Assembly (NCBI GenBank): GCA_001822095.1
Contig: MHPP01000014.1
Location: forward strand, 1,662 to 65,661
Direction: 5' to 3'
Source of the DNA: Candidatus Staskawiczbacteria bacterium RIFOXYC1_FULL_38_18
GTDB lineage: Bacteria > Patescibacteriota > Minisyncoccia > Minisyncoccales > Staskawiczbacteraceae
DNA: 64,000 bases
The notes under the pieces are model-generated. The model had not been told where the DNA came from, ran no database searches, and saw nothing but the letters and a program-made list of their open reading frames with translations. A program made the translations under genes and the position numbers. Every line of letters begins with the position of its first letter. The first letter of the stretch is position 1. Below, piece by piece: positions 29,702 to 39,799 of this stretch.

Positions 29702-30085
29702 ATGGAAACAGCAAATTTTTTATCAGCTATTCTTGGGCTTTTTTTGGTTTTTATTCCTTTGTCGCTGCTTATGAATCCAAAAAAAATAAAAACATTATTT
29801 TCCGCAATGGAAAATGACGTTACGGCCTACACATGTGGCGTTGTTTCATTTGTTTTAGGGTCAGCCACGGTTTTGCTTAACAACGTTTGGGCATATGACT
29901 GGCGGACTCTTATAACAATTTTTGGCTGGATTTTGATTATTCGCGGGCTTGTTTTAATGTTTTGGCAGGAAGGGGCGTTAATGTTTATACGTAAAATTAA
30001 GGACAAGGAACGGCTTTCTTACGCCCTATTGGCCGCTGTATTTTTGGGGCTAATTCTTGTTTATTTTGGTTTTGTTGGGAAATAG
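29702..30085 (+). CDS. Hypothetical 4-TM membrane protein
   Basis: Hydrophobic ORF; NNVW..DWRTLITIFGW. Confidence 0.7.
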   Translation: METANFLSAILGLFLVFIPLSLLMNPKKIKTLFSAMENDVTAYTCGVVSFVLGSATVLLNNVWAYDWRTLITIFGWILIIRGLVLMFWQEGALMFIRKIKDKERLSYALLAAVFLGLILVYFGFVGK

Positions 30086-30140
30086 CAGATTGTATTGTTG
30101 GTTTTTATTTGGTATAAGGAATAAATAAAATAGTATTTAT

Positions 30141-31337
30141 ATGATTTCAATTACTCCCAAAAAAATTATAATAACAACCATGGTAATCGCGTGCGCGGGA
30201 GGCGTTTTTGTCGGAGGAGCTTTTTTTGGGAGAAAAATGACCTACCAAGTCCCGCAGTCGGGGACGATAGACTTTTCCCTTTTTTGGGACTCTTACAACA
30301 AGCTTCAACAAAATTTTTTTGACCCGTCAAAAATTGACAGCCAGAAAATAATTTACGGGGCAATTGAAGGAATGGCAAAATCCCTTGACGACCCATATAC
30401 TTCGTTTTTTAACCCCGAAGAGGCGCAGAAATTTATGCAGGATTTGTCTGGGTCTTTTGAAGGCATTGGAGCCGAAATTGGAATTAAGAAGGAACAACTG
30501 ACAATTGTGGCGCCCCTAGAAGGAAGTCCGGCGCAAGCGTCCGGAATAAAAGCCGGAGACGTGATTATAAAAATTGATAACACCGAGGCGTCTGACCTGA
30601 CAACCGACGAAGCTGTTGGTTTAATTCGCGGAGCAAAGGGCACTGTGGTTACCCTAACGATTTTTAGAACAGGGTGGTCTGCCGCAAAAGATTTTAAAAT
30701 AACAAGGGACACAATTATTGTGCATCCTGCAAAATGGTCGCTCAAGAATGGAAATGTTGCCTATATCCAAATTACCCAGTTTGACGAGAACCTTGTTGCC
30801 GACTTCCAAAAGACAGTGGCCGAAATTTTACAAAGCCCCGCAGAAAAAATAGTTCTGGATTTAAGAAATAATCCTGGCGGATACCTTGAGGTTGCCCAAA
30901 ATATTGCGGGCTGGTTTTTGGAAAAAGGGCAGATTGTCACAATTGAAGACTTTGGTGGGAAAAAGGAGCAACAACTCTATAAGTCAGACGGAACAGCCGA
31001 GCTTTTGGGATACCCGATTGTTGTGTTAATAAACGAGGGTTCTGCTTCTGCGTCAGAGATATTGGCCGGATCAATAAGGGATAACAAGGGAGCCAAGCTT
31101 ATTGGAACAAAATCCTTTGGCAAAGGTTCTGTGCAGGAAATTTTAGATTTGCGGGGCGGGTCGTTTTTAAAAATAACAATTGCCAAATGGCTTACCCCGA
31201 AAGGTGCGTCAATTTCCGAGGTTGGCTTGTCTCCGGACGTTAAGGTTGATATTACCGATGAAGATGTGGAACAAGACAAAGACCCGCAACTTGATAAAGC
31301 CCTTGAAATTGTTAAATCTATCCCCACAGGAAAATAG
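30141..31337 (+). CDS. ctpA: Carboxyl-terminal processing protease (S41), last codons supplied by the inserted element
   Basis: DPYT, GIGAEI PDZ, DLRNNPGG, SASASEI, FGKGSVQ, DPQLDKALE. Confidence 0.95.
   Translation: MISITPKKIIITTMVIACAGGVFVGGAFFGRKMTYQVPQSGTIDFSLFWDSYNKLQQNFFDPSKIDSQKIIYGAIEGMAKSLDDPYTSFFNPEEAQKFMQDLSGSFEGIGAEIGIKKEQLTIVAPLEGSPAQASGIKAGDVIIKIDNTEASDLTTDEAVGLIRGAKGTVVTLTIFRTGWSAAKDFKITRDTIIVHPAKWSLKNGNVAYIQITQFDENLVADFQKTVAEILQSPAEKIVLDLRNNPGGYLEVAQNIAGWFLEKGQIVTIEDFGGKKEQQLYKSDGTAELLGYPIVVLINEGSASASEILAGSIRDNKGAKLIGTKSFGKGSVQEILDLRGGSFLKITIAKWLTPKGASISEVGLSPDVKVDITDEDVEQDKDPQLDKALEIVKSIPTGK
31303..31315 (+). repeat. Left att core TTGAAATTGTTAA
   Basis: 12/13 match to 46756-46768. 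Confidence 0.75.
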
Positions 31338-31405
31338 AAGCTACTTTAATTTGAGACTCCCAGTAAATTGCAGAGACGAAAGATACAATTAAAAGTAAAT
31401 CAATT

Positions 31406-31431
31406 AAGCCCGAATAAAATTGGGCTTTTTT
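31406..31431 (+). terminator. Intrinsic terminator
   Basis: AAGCCCGA/TTGGGCTT stem and T-run. Confidence 0.7.
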
Positions 31432-31497
31432 GTTATTATTGAATTCAAAACCAAAAAGTGCTAATTTTAATAAATAAAATAGGTAATAAATAAAAAT

Positions 31498-31890
31498 ATG
31501 AAATCTATTGTAATATGTGGAAGTTCTCGTTTTACAGAAGAAGCGAGGCAATTCGCAACTAAATTAAAAGAATTGGGTGTTATCGTATATGAGCCTCATT
31601 TTTACAGAGCTTCTGGTGGAAACTGGGCGGAAGTAAAAGATTTTGATAAAAAGTTTGTGGCTTTAGGTTTGGTGCACGACCATTTCCAAAAAATGAGATT
31701 AGCGGATGTAATTTATATTTATAACAAAGACGGATATGCAGGAGTAAGCACAAACATAGAAATAGGTTTTGCTATGGGTTTGAACAAGCCAATTTATGCC
31801 TTTTGTGAAAATGACGAAGAACCGCACAGAAAAGTTTTATTCAATAAAATTGTTTCAACCCCAGAAGAGTTATTAAAATTATTAAATTAA
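31498..31890 (+). CDS. Nucleoside 2-deoxyribosyltransferase-like (flavodoxin fold) protein
   Basis: IVICGSSRF, ADVIYIYN, GYAGVSTNIEIGFA. Confidence 0.65.
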   Translation: MKSIVICGSSRFTEEARQFATKLKELGVIVYEPHFYRASGGNWAEVKDFDKKFVALGLVHDHFQKMRLADVIYIYNKDGYAGVSTNIEIGFAMGLNKPIYAFCENDEEPHRKVLFNKIVSTPEELLKLLN

Positions 31891-31897
31891 ATAAAAA

Positions 31898-32470
31898 ATG
31901 AAAATAATTTTAGGTACAACCTCACCATATCGCATAGAAGCATTTAAGTTTTTGGAAATTGATTTTACAGCAGAGGGAAGCAAAGTGGACGAGTCTCAAG
32001 TAGACAGAAATAATCCAGAAGAATTAGTAAAAGAATTATCAAAATTAAAAGCAGAAGCAGTCGCAAAAAATCACAGTGATGCGATTATTATCGGGATGGA
32101 TTCAGTAGGCTATTTTAACGGAAAAATTCTTGAAAAACCAAAATCAAGAGAAGAAGGTTTTGAAAGATTAAAATCTCTTTCAGGAAACAATCACCAGTTT
32201 TATACTGGAATTCACATAGTAAATACCGCCTCAAATAAGGTAATTTCTAAAATAGTAAAAACAGAAATTTATTTAAGGAATTTTTCAGAAAAAGAAATTG
32301 AAACCTATCTCAACCAAGATAAATTCTATAATACTTACGCTCTTGGATATGACCCTTTGGGACATTACAGCTCAACTTTTGCCGAAAGGATAGAAGGAAG
32401 CTATAACAATTTTTTGAGAGGTATCCCTCTTGAAATTATGCCAGATTTAATTACTAATGCAAACAATTAA
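31898..32470 (+). CDS. Maf family nucleoside triphosphate pyrophosphatase
   Basis: IILGTTSPYR, DE, LKAEAV, IGMD, LEKP, LSG..H. Confidence 0.9.
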   Translation: MKIILGTTSPYRIEAFKFLEIDFTAEGSKVDESQVDRNNPEELVKELSKLKAEAVAKNHSDAIIIGMDSVGYFNGKILEKPKSREEGFERLKSLSGNNHQFYTGIHIVNTASNKVISKIVKTEIYLRNFSEKEIETYLNQDKFYNTYALGYDPLGHYSSTFAERIEGSYNNFLRGIPLEIMPDLITNANN

Positions 32471-32471
32471 A

Positions 32472-32897
32472 ATGAAAATAGCAATCGTTGGCAGTTCTCA
32501 TTTTTGCACAGAAATGGTTGAATATAGGGATAAATTGAAAGCTTTGGGACACGAATGTGAGTTGCACGAGCATTATGTTGCCAGGGCAAGCGGTCAAATG
32601 AGAGAATTGTGGGAGAGAATGCAAAAGGAACACGCAAAAGTTAAAATTGAGCACGATTATATCAGGTATCACTACAACGAAATTCTTAACAGCGATGCGG
32701 TTTTGGTTTTGAATTTTGACAAAAATGGAATCAAAAATTATATTGGTGGCAATACCTTGATAGAAATGGGTCAAGCGTATGTTAATAATAAAAAGATTTT
32801 TTTGTTAAATCCTATACCAGATATGCAATACAAAGAGGAAATTGAGGCATTGCAACCAGTTGTAATTAGTAGCAATCTTGATTTAATAAAGATATGA
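32472..32897 (+). CDS. Second NDT-like protein
   Basis: IAIVGSS, SDAVLVLN, YIGGNTLIEMG. Confidence 0.65.
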   Translation: MKIAIVGSSHFCTEMVEYRDKLKALGHECELHEHYVARASGQMRELWERMQKEHAKVKIEHDYIRYHYNEILNSDAVLVLNFDKNGIKNYIGGNTLIEMGQAYVNNKKIFLLNPIPDMQYKEEIEALQPVVISSNLDLIKI

Positions 32898-33457
32898 ACA
32901 CTAAATTATTAAAACATACAAAAGAACACTGCTTAAAAACTCTTGCGAAAAATAAAGTTTCTTTTGGTTCTGCAAAAGCCGACTCATATCTCCCAGGACA
33001 TATTAACGAGGTTGAAAAGTGTGTGGAAAGAATTATTAAAGATTATCCAGCAGATAGAGAAATAGTTTTATTATCTGTTTATTTGCACGACATTGGACAC
33101 GCACTTGGAAATCATAAAGACCACGAATTAAAGTCCGAAGCCGAAGCAAAGCGTTTTCTAAAAAAGATGGGTTTGATTGAAGACAAAATAAACAGGGTCG
33201 CTCACTGTGTAAGAGCTCACAGGTGCAAAGATGTTCAACCCGAAACCGTAGAGGCAAAGATTTTGGCAACAGCCGATTCTTTAAGCCATATGACAGATGG
33301 TTGCTATATGGATATGTTAATTGATAGAAGAAAGGATTTGGCACTTGGAAAACTTGAAAGGGATTATAGAGATATTGGCTTGTTTCCAAAAATAAAAAAA
33401 GAAATTATGCCCGTTTACAAAGCTTGGAAAGAATTGATAGAAGTATATCCTGAATGA
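32894..33457 (+). CDS. HD-domain phosphohydrolase
   Basis: H..., LHDIG, H, AH, DSLSH. Confidence 0.85.
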   Translation: MNTKLLKHTKEHCLKTLAKNKVSFGSAKADSYLPGHINEVEKCVERIIKDYPADREIVLLSVYLHDIGHALGNHKDHELKSEAEAKRFLKKMGLIEDKINRVAHCVRAHRCKDVQPETVEAKILATADSLSHMTDGCYMDMLIDRRKDLALGKLERDYRDIGLFPKIKKEIMPVYKAWKELIEVYPE

Positions 33458-33458
33458 T

Positions 33459-34607
33459 ATGGAAAACGATGAACAACCAGAGATAATAGTAAAATTTATT
33501 AATGAAACAGGCGGAAAAAAATTATCCGAAAAGGAAAAGCGATTACGTTATTCTGTTAGGGTATGGAAAAAAAGATTAAAAAGGAGGAAAGTAATAGAAA
33601 GACGTAAAAAACACATAAGACGTCTTTTACAGGGAAAACCTCTTTCTCTTCATAATGACATCAAAACGAGGGTGAGATATAATGATGTAAGAGCCCCTGA
33701 AGATTTTTCTTTTTTGACAAACACGGAGGAGACAATAGATTTTTTGAATAGGATAGAATCTTATTTTAACAAACGCAAGCAGGTGTTCGTTGTTCTTAAA
33801 AATGTAAAAAATATCGACCATAGTGCCATAACAGTTTTACTTTCATTAATGTATAAATTTAGAGTCGCCAAAATAAAATTCAATGGCGATTTTCCTGATG
33901 ATTTAAAGGTGAAGGAAACAATCGTTGATTCCCAGTTTTTTAGAAAATTATTGTCTCCAATGTCGTCAGATATGGGTAATGATTATACTATGACAAAAAA
34001 TAATCAAATTTTTGCCAGAGCAAACACAATAGTTGTTTCAGAAATGGGAGAAAAAATTATGGAGGAATCCACGAAAACAATTTGGGGAGAGAGGAGAATA
34101 TGTAAGGGATTGCAAAAGACTTTGATTGAATTAATGCACAATACTAACAATCACGCCTCAAGAAGTGAGGACAACCAGGAGCACTGGTGGTTATCTGTTA
34201 ACCACGATAAAGAAAACAAAAAGGTTGATTTCTATTTTGTAGATTATGGACAGGGTATTCTTAGAAGTCTTGAAAGAAAATCTAATCCTAAAATATGGAA
34301 CAATTTTTGGGATAATTTTAAAAAGATGATAGACTTAGGGTCAGAACAAAAGGTCATCGAATGTCTCTTAAACGGAGAGCATTGGAGCCCAGAGCAAAGA
34401 ATACAGCCATATTATAGGGGAAAAGGATTGCCTAGCATAAAAGATTCCTTGAGTAGGGGGCAAATAAGTGATTTGCAGATAATAACAAACAATACACGTT
34501 CTGAAGTCGATTCAAATAATTTTATTCATCTGTCGAAAAATTTTAATGGCACCTTCATCCATTGGAAGTTAGAAAAAAATAACGAAAATAAAATATGGAA
34601 TATATAA
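33459..34607 (+). CDS. GHKL/HATPase_c protein with STAS-like N-terminal region
   Basis: ELMHNTNNHA (N box), DYGQGI (G1), RGKGL (G2), NGT. Confidence 0.75.
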   Translation: MENDEQPEIIVKFINETGGKKLSEKEKRLRYSVRVWKKRLKRRKVIERRKKHIRRLLQGKPLSLHNDIKTRVRYNDVRAPEDFSFLTNTEETIDFLNRIESYFNKRKQVFVVLKNVKNIDHSAITVLLSLMYKFRVAKIKFNGDFPDDLKVKETIVDSQFFRKLLSPMSSDMGNDYTMTKNNQIFARANTIVVSEMGEKIMEESTKTIWGERRICKGLQKTLIELMHNTNNHASRSEDNQEHWWLSVNHDKENKKVDFYFVDYGQGILRSLERKSNPKIWNNFWDNFKKMIDLGSEQKVIECLLNGEHWSPEQRIQPYYRGKGLPSIKDSLSRGQISDLQIITNNTRSEVDSNNFIHLSKNFNGTFIHWKLEKNNENKIWNI

Positions 34608-34930
34608 AAATTTTAATAGCAAAAGATTTTTCAAAAACGCCTGGTCCTCGCTATAAAAAGGAGGGGTCTTTTTCCGCTGAGCTTTTTTTAGAACAGATAT
34701 TGGAGAAAAAGTTTACAGATATTTTGGAAAAGAAGGATAAAAAAATAATTATTGATTTGGACGGAACGCTTGGCTATGGAACAAGCTTTTTGGAGGAAAC
34801 TTTCGGAGGGCTTGCCAGAAAATATGGAGCGGATAAAGTGAGTGAAAAAATTGAAGTTGCCTCGAAAGAGGAGCCGTGGCTTTTGGAGGATATTAAGAGC
34901 TATATTGAAGATGTCAAAAAGCAATCCTGA
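34595..34930 (+). CDS. STAS-like DUF4325 protein
   Basis: DFSKTPGPR, IDLDGTLGYGTSFLEETFGGL. Confidence 0.8.
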   Translation: MEYIKILIAKDFSKTPGPRYKKEGSFSAELFLEQILEKKFTDILEKKDKKIIIDLDGTLGYGTSFLEETFGGLARKYGADKVSEKIEVASKEEPWLLEDIKSYIEDVKKQS

Positions 34931-35534
34931 TGGAGTACTAATTTTTATAATAATCTTTTTGGTTGGGGCAATAATCGGCTCGTGCATTTCTCTTGCGTTT
35001 CTCAACAAATATTCAACTTCGCCATCTGTTTCGATAGACCCAATAGATGGTATTTCTATATTCGTTAACGTGTTATTGGTAATATATGTAACCAGGACGT
35101 TGACTCGCAAAAACGAAGAGGAGAGGGTCGAAAAAGAAATTTTAATAAAACAACTGCAAGATTTTCAGGATTGTCTCGATAACACTATTACTAGATTGCT
35201 TTCAACGGAAAAGCTAAAACTGGTTGCGGTTAATGCTAATCTTAAGACGCTTAGAAGGAATTTTAATTCAATTCGTGAGTTGCTTAAGAAATATAATTTT
35301 ATTTCACAAGCTGAAGATAATGATATTTGTAACACCATAGACGCAATTCTAAGAGACATTAAGGATTTTTTTACTGATACGCCAAGAACTGGAGAAAATG
35401 GGGAAAAGGATGTTGGAGTTAATCAAGACGAAATTTCCTTAGGAGCACAGAATAGGCAGGGGATAGATGATTCAACTATGAAGGCAAAAGGAAAAATCTT
35501 TGAATTGGTTGTATTAATAAACAGAAAAGAATAG
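34911..35534 (+). CDS. Hypothetical protein with two N-terminal TM helices and a helical domain
   Basis: Overlaps the DUF4325 gene; followed by a terminator. Confidence 0.7.
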   Translation: MSKSNPDGVLIFIIIFLVGAIIGSCISLAFLNKYSTSPSVSIDPIDGISIFVNVLLVIYVTRTLTRKNEEERVEKEILIKQLQDFQDCLDNTITRLLSTEKLKLVAVNANLKTLRRNFNSIRELLKKYNFISQAEDNDICNTIDAILRDIKDFFTDTPRTGENGEKDVGVNQDEISLGAQNRQGIDDSTMKAKGKIFELVVLINRKE

Positions 35535-35560
35535 ACGCTTATTTTTTATATTTTAGGGAG

Positions 35561-35585
35561 AAGAGGCAAAAGTGCCTCTTTTTTC
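35561..35585 (+). terminator. Intrinsic terminator
   Basis: AAGAGGCA-AAAG-TGCCTCTT and T-run. Confidence 0.8.
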
Positions 35586-35709
35586 GTGTTTTTGGGGTTG
35601 GTAAGAGTCGGATATTTTGGAGTTTCACGACTTGCAAAAAATATCAATCCGTTGTAATGTTTTAATATCGTAGTTTCGTTTCAGGGCTCTTTCACAAGGG
35701 AGACAGAAA

Positions 35710-36039
35710 GTGGACGGAGCAATTCTTGACCAGTTGACTGGCAAACAATACGATTTGCCTGTCTTTGAAAACGATTTGGTGAGGGTTGAATCTGCTGGGA
35801 GAGTTATCCGAGTCGGTATCAAAGACCGAGGGATGGCTTTCTCTTGGTGGGAACCGACTCATCCCTTCTCTGGTAACCGCAGTCTACCGCAACAGCGAGG
35901 TTGGGATTTTCAAGTGGAAACCCCCAACGAGAATGAGACCAGAGCGATTTTTTCAAAGGGAAGCGTGAGGCACGTTCTCACGCTCACCTGCACAAACCCC
36001 AACGTGAAGCCCAAGACCATTGAAGTGAAGTGGGATTAA
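35710..36039 (+). CDS. GC-richer hypothetical protein
   Basis: GTG start after AAGGGAG. Confidence 0.55.
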   Translation: MDGAILDQLTGKQYDLPVFENDLVRVESAGRVIRVGIKDRGMAFSWWEPTHPFSGNRSLPQQRGWDFQVETPNENETRAIFSKGSVRHVLTLTCTNPNVKPKTIEVKWD

Positions 36040-36065
36040 GTTTTCAATTTTGAAAGGAAACGGCA

Positions 36066-36338
36066 ATGACCACCGCAAGCGACATTAAGAACGTTGCACA
36101 AAGTACCGAAGAAAATCCTTCTCGACTTGGATGCTTCATCTTGAAACCTCCCGTGAGGCTCAAGTATAAGCCAAGTGGGAAAATCGTCACCGCTTCTATG
36201 GTGGATATCAGCGGGAAGTATCCCAACCACGTCCACACGGAAGAGATGGGATACTGGTATCCAGCCGATAAATTTGAAATCGGCACAGAAGTTATAACCG
36301 TGGAGCCAGCCCCGATTGAGGACTTGCTTAACTCGTAG
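36066..36338 (+). CDS. GC-richer hypothetical protein
   Basis: ATG after GAAAGGA. Confidence 0.55.
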   Translation: MTTASDIKNVAQSTEENPSRLGCFILKPPVRLKYKPSGKIVTASMVDISGKYPNHVHTEEMGYWYPADKFEIGTEVITVEPAPIEDLLNS

Positions 36339-36463
36339 TTAAGTAGGTCCAACCCGAGATAACGGAAATCGAAATCATAGCCCAATGACGGAAACGTTAG
36401 CAGGCTCTTTTTTTACAAACGGATAAGCTCGCATTTTCATTTATTTTTTGGTAGGATAAAAAT

Positions 36464-36895
36464 ATGAACGATAAGGAAAAATTAGTATTTTTTGCAAAAC
36501 AAAATTTAGGCAAGCCGTATAAATACGGAGCAAAGCCATCAGAAGCTCCCAAGACTTTTGATTGTTCAAGTTTTGTTCAATATATTTACAAAAAAGTTGG
36601 TATAGCTTTGCCAAGGACAGCTCTTGAGCAGGCTCATCTTGGTAAAAAAGTTAAACCCAAAAGAGAGTATTTGCAAATAGGTGATTTGATATTTATAAAA
36701 GGTATGGTTGGTAGATATAATGAAGAGTTTCCGCAAGGAATAGGACACGTTGCAATGTATATCGGAGATGGCAAAATAATACAGGCTAAATATCAAAAAA
36801 ATAAAAATGGGTCTGATGGTGGAAAAGTACAGGTAGATTCAGTCGCAAAAATAATAAATAGAAAAAATTTGGTTGTCATAAAAAGAATAATTTAA
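36464..36895 (+). CDS. NlpC/P60 peptidoglycan endopeptidase
   Basis: GKPYKYG, FDCSSFV, LPRT, GHVAMY; no signal peptide. Confidence 0.9.
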   Translation: MNDKEKLVFFAKQNLGKPYKYGAKPSEAPKTFDCSSFVQYIYKKVGIALPRTALEQAHLGKKVKPKREYLQIGDLIFIKGMVGRYNEEFPQGIGHVAMYIGDGKIIQAKYQKNKNGSDGGKVQVDSVAKIINRKNLVVIKRII

Positions 36896-36903
36896 TTAAA
36901 TTT

Positions 36904-37155
36904 ATGTCGGAAAATTTAAGACCATTTGAAGAACAACCAGAAAAGGAGCAAACCCAAGAGCAGATTTTAGATGCTTTAGAGTCGGCATTTGAAAAAGGAG
37001 CTAAAGCGGAATTAACCGTCTCGGAACCAAGCGGTGAGTTAAGGATAAATTCAGTTTTTATTGAGGGGCTTGAGGGTGGAATGCTTTTTGTTTCTTCATC
37101 AAAAGATTCTCCCGTAATGGGAATACCGATTGGTGATGTTAAAAGGGTGGTATAA
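36904..37155 (+). CDS. Hypothetical acidic protein
   Basis: ORF in operon-like spacing. Confidence 0.55.
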   Translation: MSENLRPFEEQPEKEQTQEQILDALESAFEKGAKAELTVSEPSGELRINSVFIEGLEGGMLFVSSSKDSPVMGIPIGDVKRVV

Positions 37156-37166
37156 GTCCCAAAAAT

Positions 37167-37832
37167 ATGGAAGATAAAATAATAAAGGTGTCCGAAACAA
37201 TAAAAGTAAACGATTCTTGGAAGGCGAGAACAGAATCTGGCTATCTTGTCAGTTCAAATAAGACGAAATGTATTGATTTGATTTCACATTCAGACCTTGA
37301 TGAAAATAATATCATAGATATATTGATTAGTTTACATATTATTCTGGAAGCTGGTCTGAACGCTTTTTACAGGAATATGGTGCTTATGTCGCTAAAAAAG
37401 GAGTTGGGCGAGTTCGAAGTTATGGAGAACGTGGACAGGGTCAGTTTTATAGATAAAACGGTCGCATTTATTTATTTCTCTAAGTTTGATTTTGAGGGAA
37501 AACTTGATGAGGCAAAAAAATACCACAGCATAATATCCGCTCTTAAGGATTTTTCAGCAATAAGAAATAAATTATTCCACGGACACTCGATAAGCACAAT
37601 CTTCGATGGAGAAAAAAACCGTCACTCGGAATTAAAGGGTAAAATTACTCTGGAAATGTTGATAGAGCAAATGAGAAAGTTTAGGTTTATCTTAGAGGGA
37701 ATGAGATTTTATTTTGATCGCCTGCAATCCAGTATGACTTCAAGTGGCAAGGAATCATTTAAAAAGGAGTATCTAAGCGATGAATTTTTACCGCATTTAG
37801 GTACTTTTGCAGACGTAGATGTAAAAGAATAA
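37167..37832 (+). CDS. Putative HEPN-domain protein
   Basis: Helical; upstream HIILE and RNKLFH (Rx4H). Confidence 0.5.
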   Translation: MEDKIIKVSETIKVNDSWKARTESGYLVSSNKTKCIDLISHSDLDENNIIDILISLHIILEAGLNAFYRNMVLMSLKKELGEFEVMENVDRVSFIDKTVAFIYFSKFDFEGKLDEAKKYHSIISALKDFSAIRNKLFHGHSISTIFDGEKNRHSELKGKITLEMLIEQMRKFRFILEGMRFYFDRLQSSMTSSGKESFKKEYLSDEFLPHLGTFADVDVKE

Positions 37833-37840
37833 ATAAATTT

Positions 37841-38458
37841 ATGATTTTAGATTCGTCAATTTCATCAATAACAAATTTAATCGGTAAATTTACGACAGAG
37901 CCGTTTTATTTTAAAGGATTTTCAGCCAGTGTTTTACCAGGTACGGTTGGAATGCCAGGTTTTAATTTAAAACAAAACACAGATAATTTTTATATGATTG
38001 ACTGGAGTTTGGCAATTAAAATGGCGAACTCCTTAAACGAAGATATTGTGATTGAGAATATAAAATCAGAATGGAGAGGAGTAAATGGTTTTGTATGTAA
38101 ATCTGACGATTTCTGTAACAGTATTTATAGAGTAAAAAGCGATGGCGATGTTGACGCAATAGAAAAATTATTGGCTGGAAATAAACAAAAAGTTTTGCTA
38201 CCGTTTTTAATGAAAAAGCAATCAGAAATTATTATTCAGGCGAATTTTGCGTTATACATATACAAAAAGAGGTTTTTGAGACACTTAGATATGGTCCATT
38301 TCAAAAAAATAGAAGTAAAAGAGCCAGACACATATCATCAATTGTATAGAAAAAGTTTAGTAAAGATAAGACTTAATGGTAAATGGAGGTCTTTAGTTCT
38401 AAAACCCCAGGAGTTTTTTGTTGCAGGCGATATTTTGAATATACCAGATACAAATTAA
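37841..38458 (+). CDS. Hypothetical protein
   Basis: 205-aa ORF. Confidence 0.6.
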   Translation: MILDSSISSITNLIGKFTTEPFYFKGFSASVLPGTVGMPGFNLKQNTDNFYMIDWSLAIKMANSLNEDIVIENIKSEWRGVNGFVCKSDDFCNSIYRVKSDGDVDAIEKLLAGNKQKVLLPFLMKKQSEIIIQANFALYIYKKRFLRHLDMVHFKKIEVKEPDTYHQLYRKSLVKIRLNGKWRSLVLKPQEFFVAGDILNIPDTN

Positions 38459-38471
38459 ATAATAATATACT

Positions 38472-39497
38472 ATGAGTAAAAAAATTCTAATAATCGCAGG
38501 AATAGCAATTTTATTAACACTGATTTTTGGCGTTTTTGTTTTGTTGCAAATAAACAATTTAAGGAAACCACAGGTAAGCTCGCTTGAAGCACAAGCGAAA
38601 GCAATTCAAAATCAGATACAGCAGATAGATTCTGAATACAGGCAAAAGATGAATGAAATAACCGATAAGCAGAAACAAAATAACTGCATAGAGTCAAAAG
38701 ATGTTGAAATGATAAAGACGCTAACAGGCGAAAAACAAACAGAAAAACAATGGAGTATAGTTTCAATGGAGGGAATCTGTGGAGATTTATTCAATCAAAA
38801 CGAAGCCTTGGCAAAAGAGAGGTCTTACAAAACAAGTCAGCTACAAACACAGATGGACCTTTTAACCGCCCGAACGGCATCAGACAGAGAAAAGGCAATG
38901 ACTGCGATTAGAACTTTTATGGTTAAACCTGATTTGGAATTAGTGTATACTGGCACCAGACACCCATCCAATTTTAACGTTGGAGTTGTCGTAAATCGGG
39001 ATGAAGGTGGCTACACAATGGAAGGTTTTAGTGGTTGGGAAAGAAGAGTTGAAGTTTACCAACAAACGGAATATATCAACGACAGATGCGAAGTTTACGA
39101 ATATGAGGTGGATGTTAGAAATAATCAAATTGTAGAGATACACGTTCGTTATCCCGATGGGCTGGCAGGAATGAGTAGTGGTAAATGTACAAGCTACGGT
39201 TCAATGGAAGTTCCGTTAAAGACAAAAGACGAAATTGAAAAGGTAGCATTTGCGTATCTTAGCAGAGACCTCGAACACACAAAATTTTTAATTAGGTCTG
39301 ATATCAAGCCAGAATATCTCCCAAGTAAGACGATAGCGAAAAATCCTGCAATGAACGAATGGCGTTGGGAAGATAAGAGTTACAAACTCCCAGAAGGACT
39401 AACAAGCGACCCGTTCCCGTATCCTATGATTAGAATTATCATTTCAAGCGGAGGAAAGCTTGTCTACTATCTGAATACGACAGAACTATTTAATTAA
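38472..39497 (+). CDS. Membrane-anchored exported coiled-coil protein
   Basis: N-terminal TM, Gln-rich coiled coil. Confidence 0.7.
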   Translation: MSKKILIIAGIAILLTLIFGVFVLLQINNLRKPQVSSLEAQAKAIQNQIQQIDSEYRQKMNEITDKQKQNNCIESKDVEMIKTLTGEKQTEKQWSIVSMEGICGDLFNQNEALAKERSYKTSQLQTQMDLLTARTASDREKAMTAIRTFMVKPDLELVYTGTRHPSNFNVGVVVNRDEGGYTMEGFSGWERRVEVYQQTEYINDRCEVYEYEVDVRNNQIVEIHVRYPDGLAGMSSGKCTSYGSMEVPLKTKDEIEKVAFAYLSRDLEHTKFLIRSDIKPEYLPSKTIAKNPAMNEWRWEDKSYKLPEGLTSDPFPYPMIRIIISSGGKLVYYLNTTELFN

Positions 39498-39799
39498 AGG
39501 GTAATTAAGTATATTTTTACAAATTGGGGCTAAATGCCCCTTTTTTATTACTGAATGTGTATGCCAAAACAAACCCAAGACAAATCCAAGGGGTGCCCAG
39601 TAAATCAAAAGGCAAAAGAGGTATGTTTGCTGGGGTGGAGGGAGTTAAGGTTTGATTGTGAGGTAATTTATGCTATAATTAATGTATTAAGGTAAGGTTT
39701 TTTTGTATGGTGGCTCTTTAATAAGATAATTGTGGTTTCGTTTTGTATCGTATGGTGTGGTTTTGATAAATTAAATAATTAAATCAAAAACATATCATT

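Noticed and set aside
31180-31392. 70-aa ORF overlapping the ctpA end as an independent gene
   Set aside because: Mostly an alternate frame of ctpA; only the part after the att core is meaningful, as the displaced integrase tail
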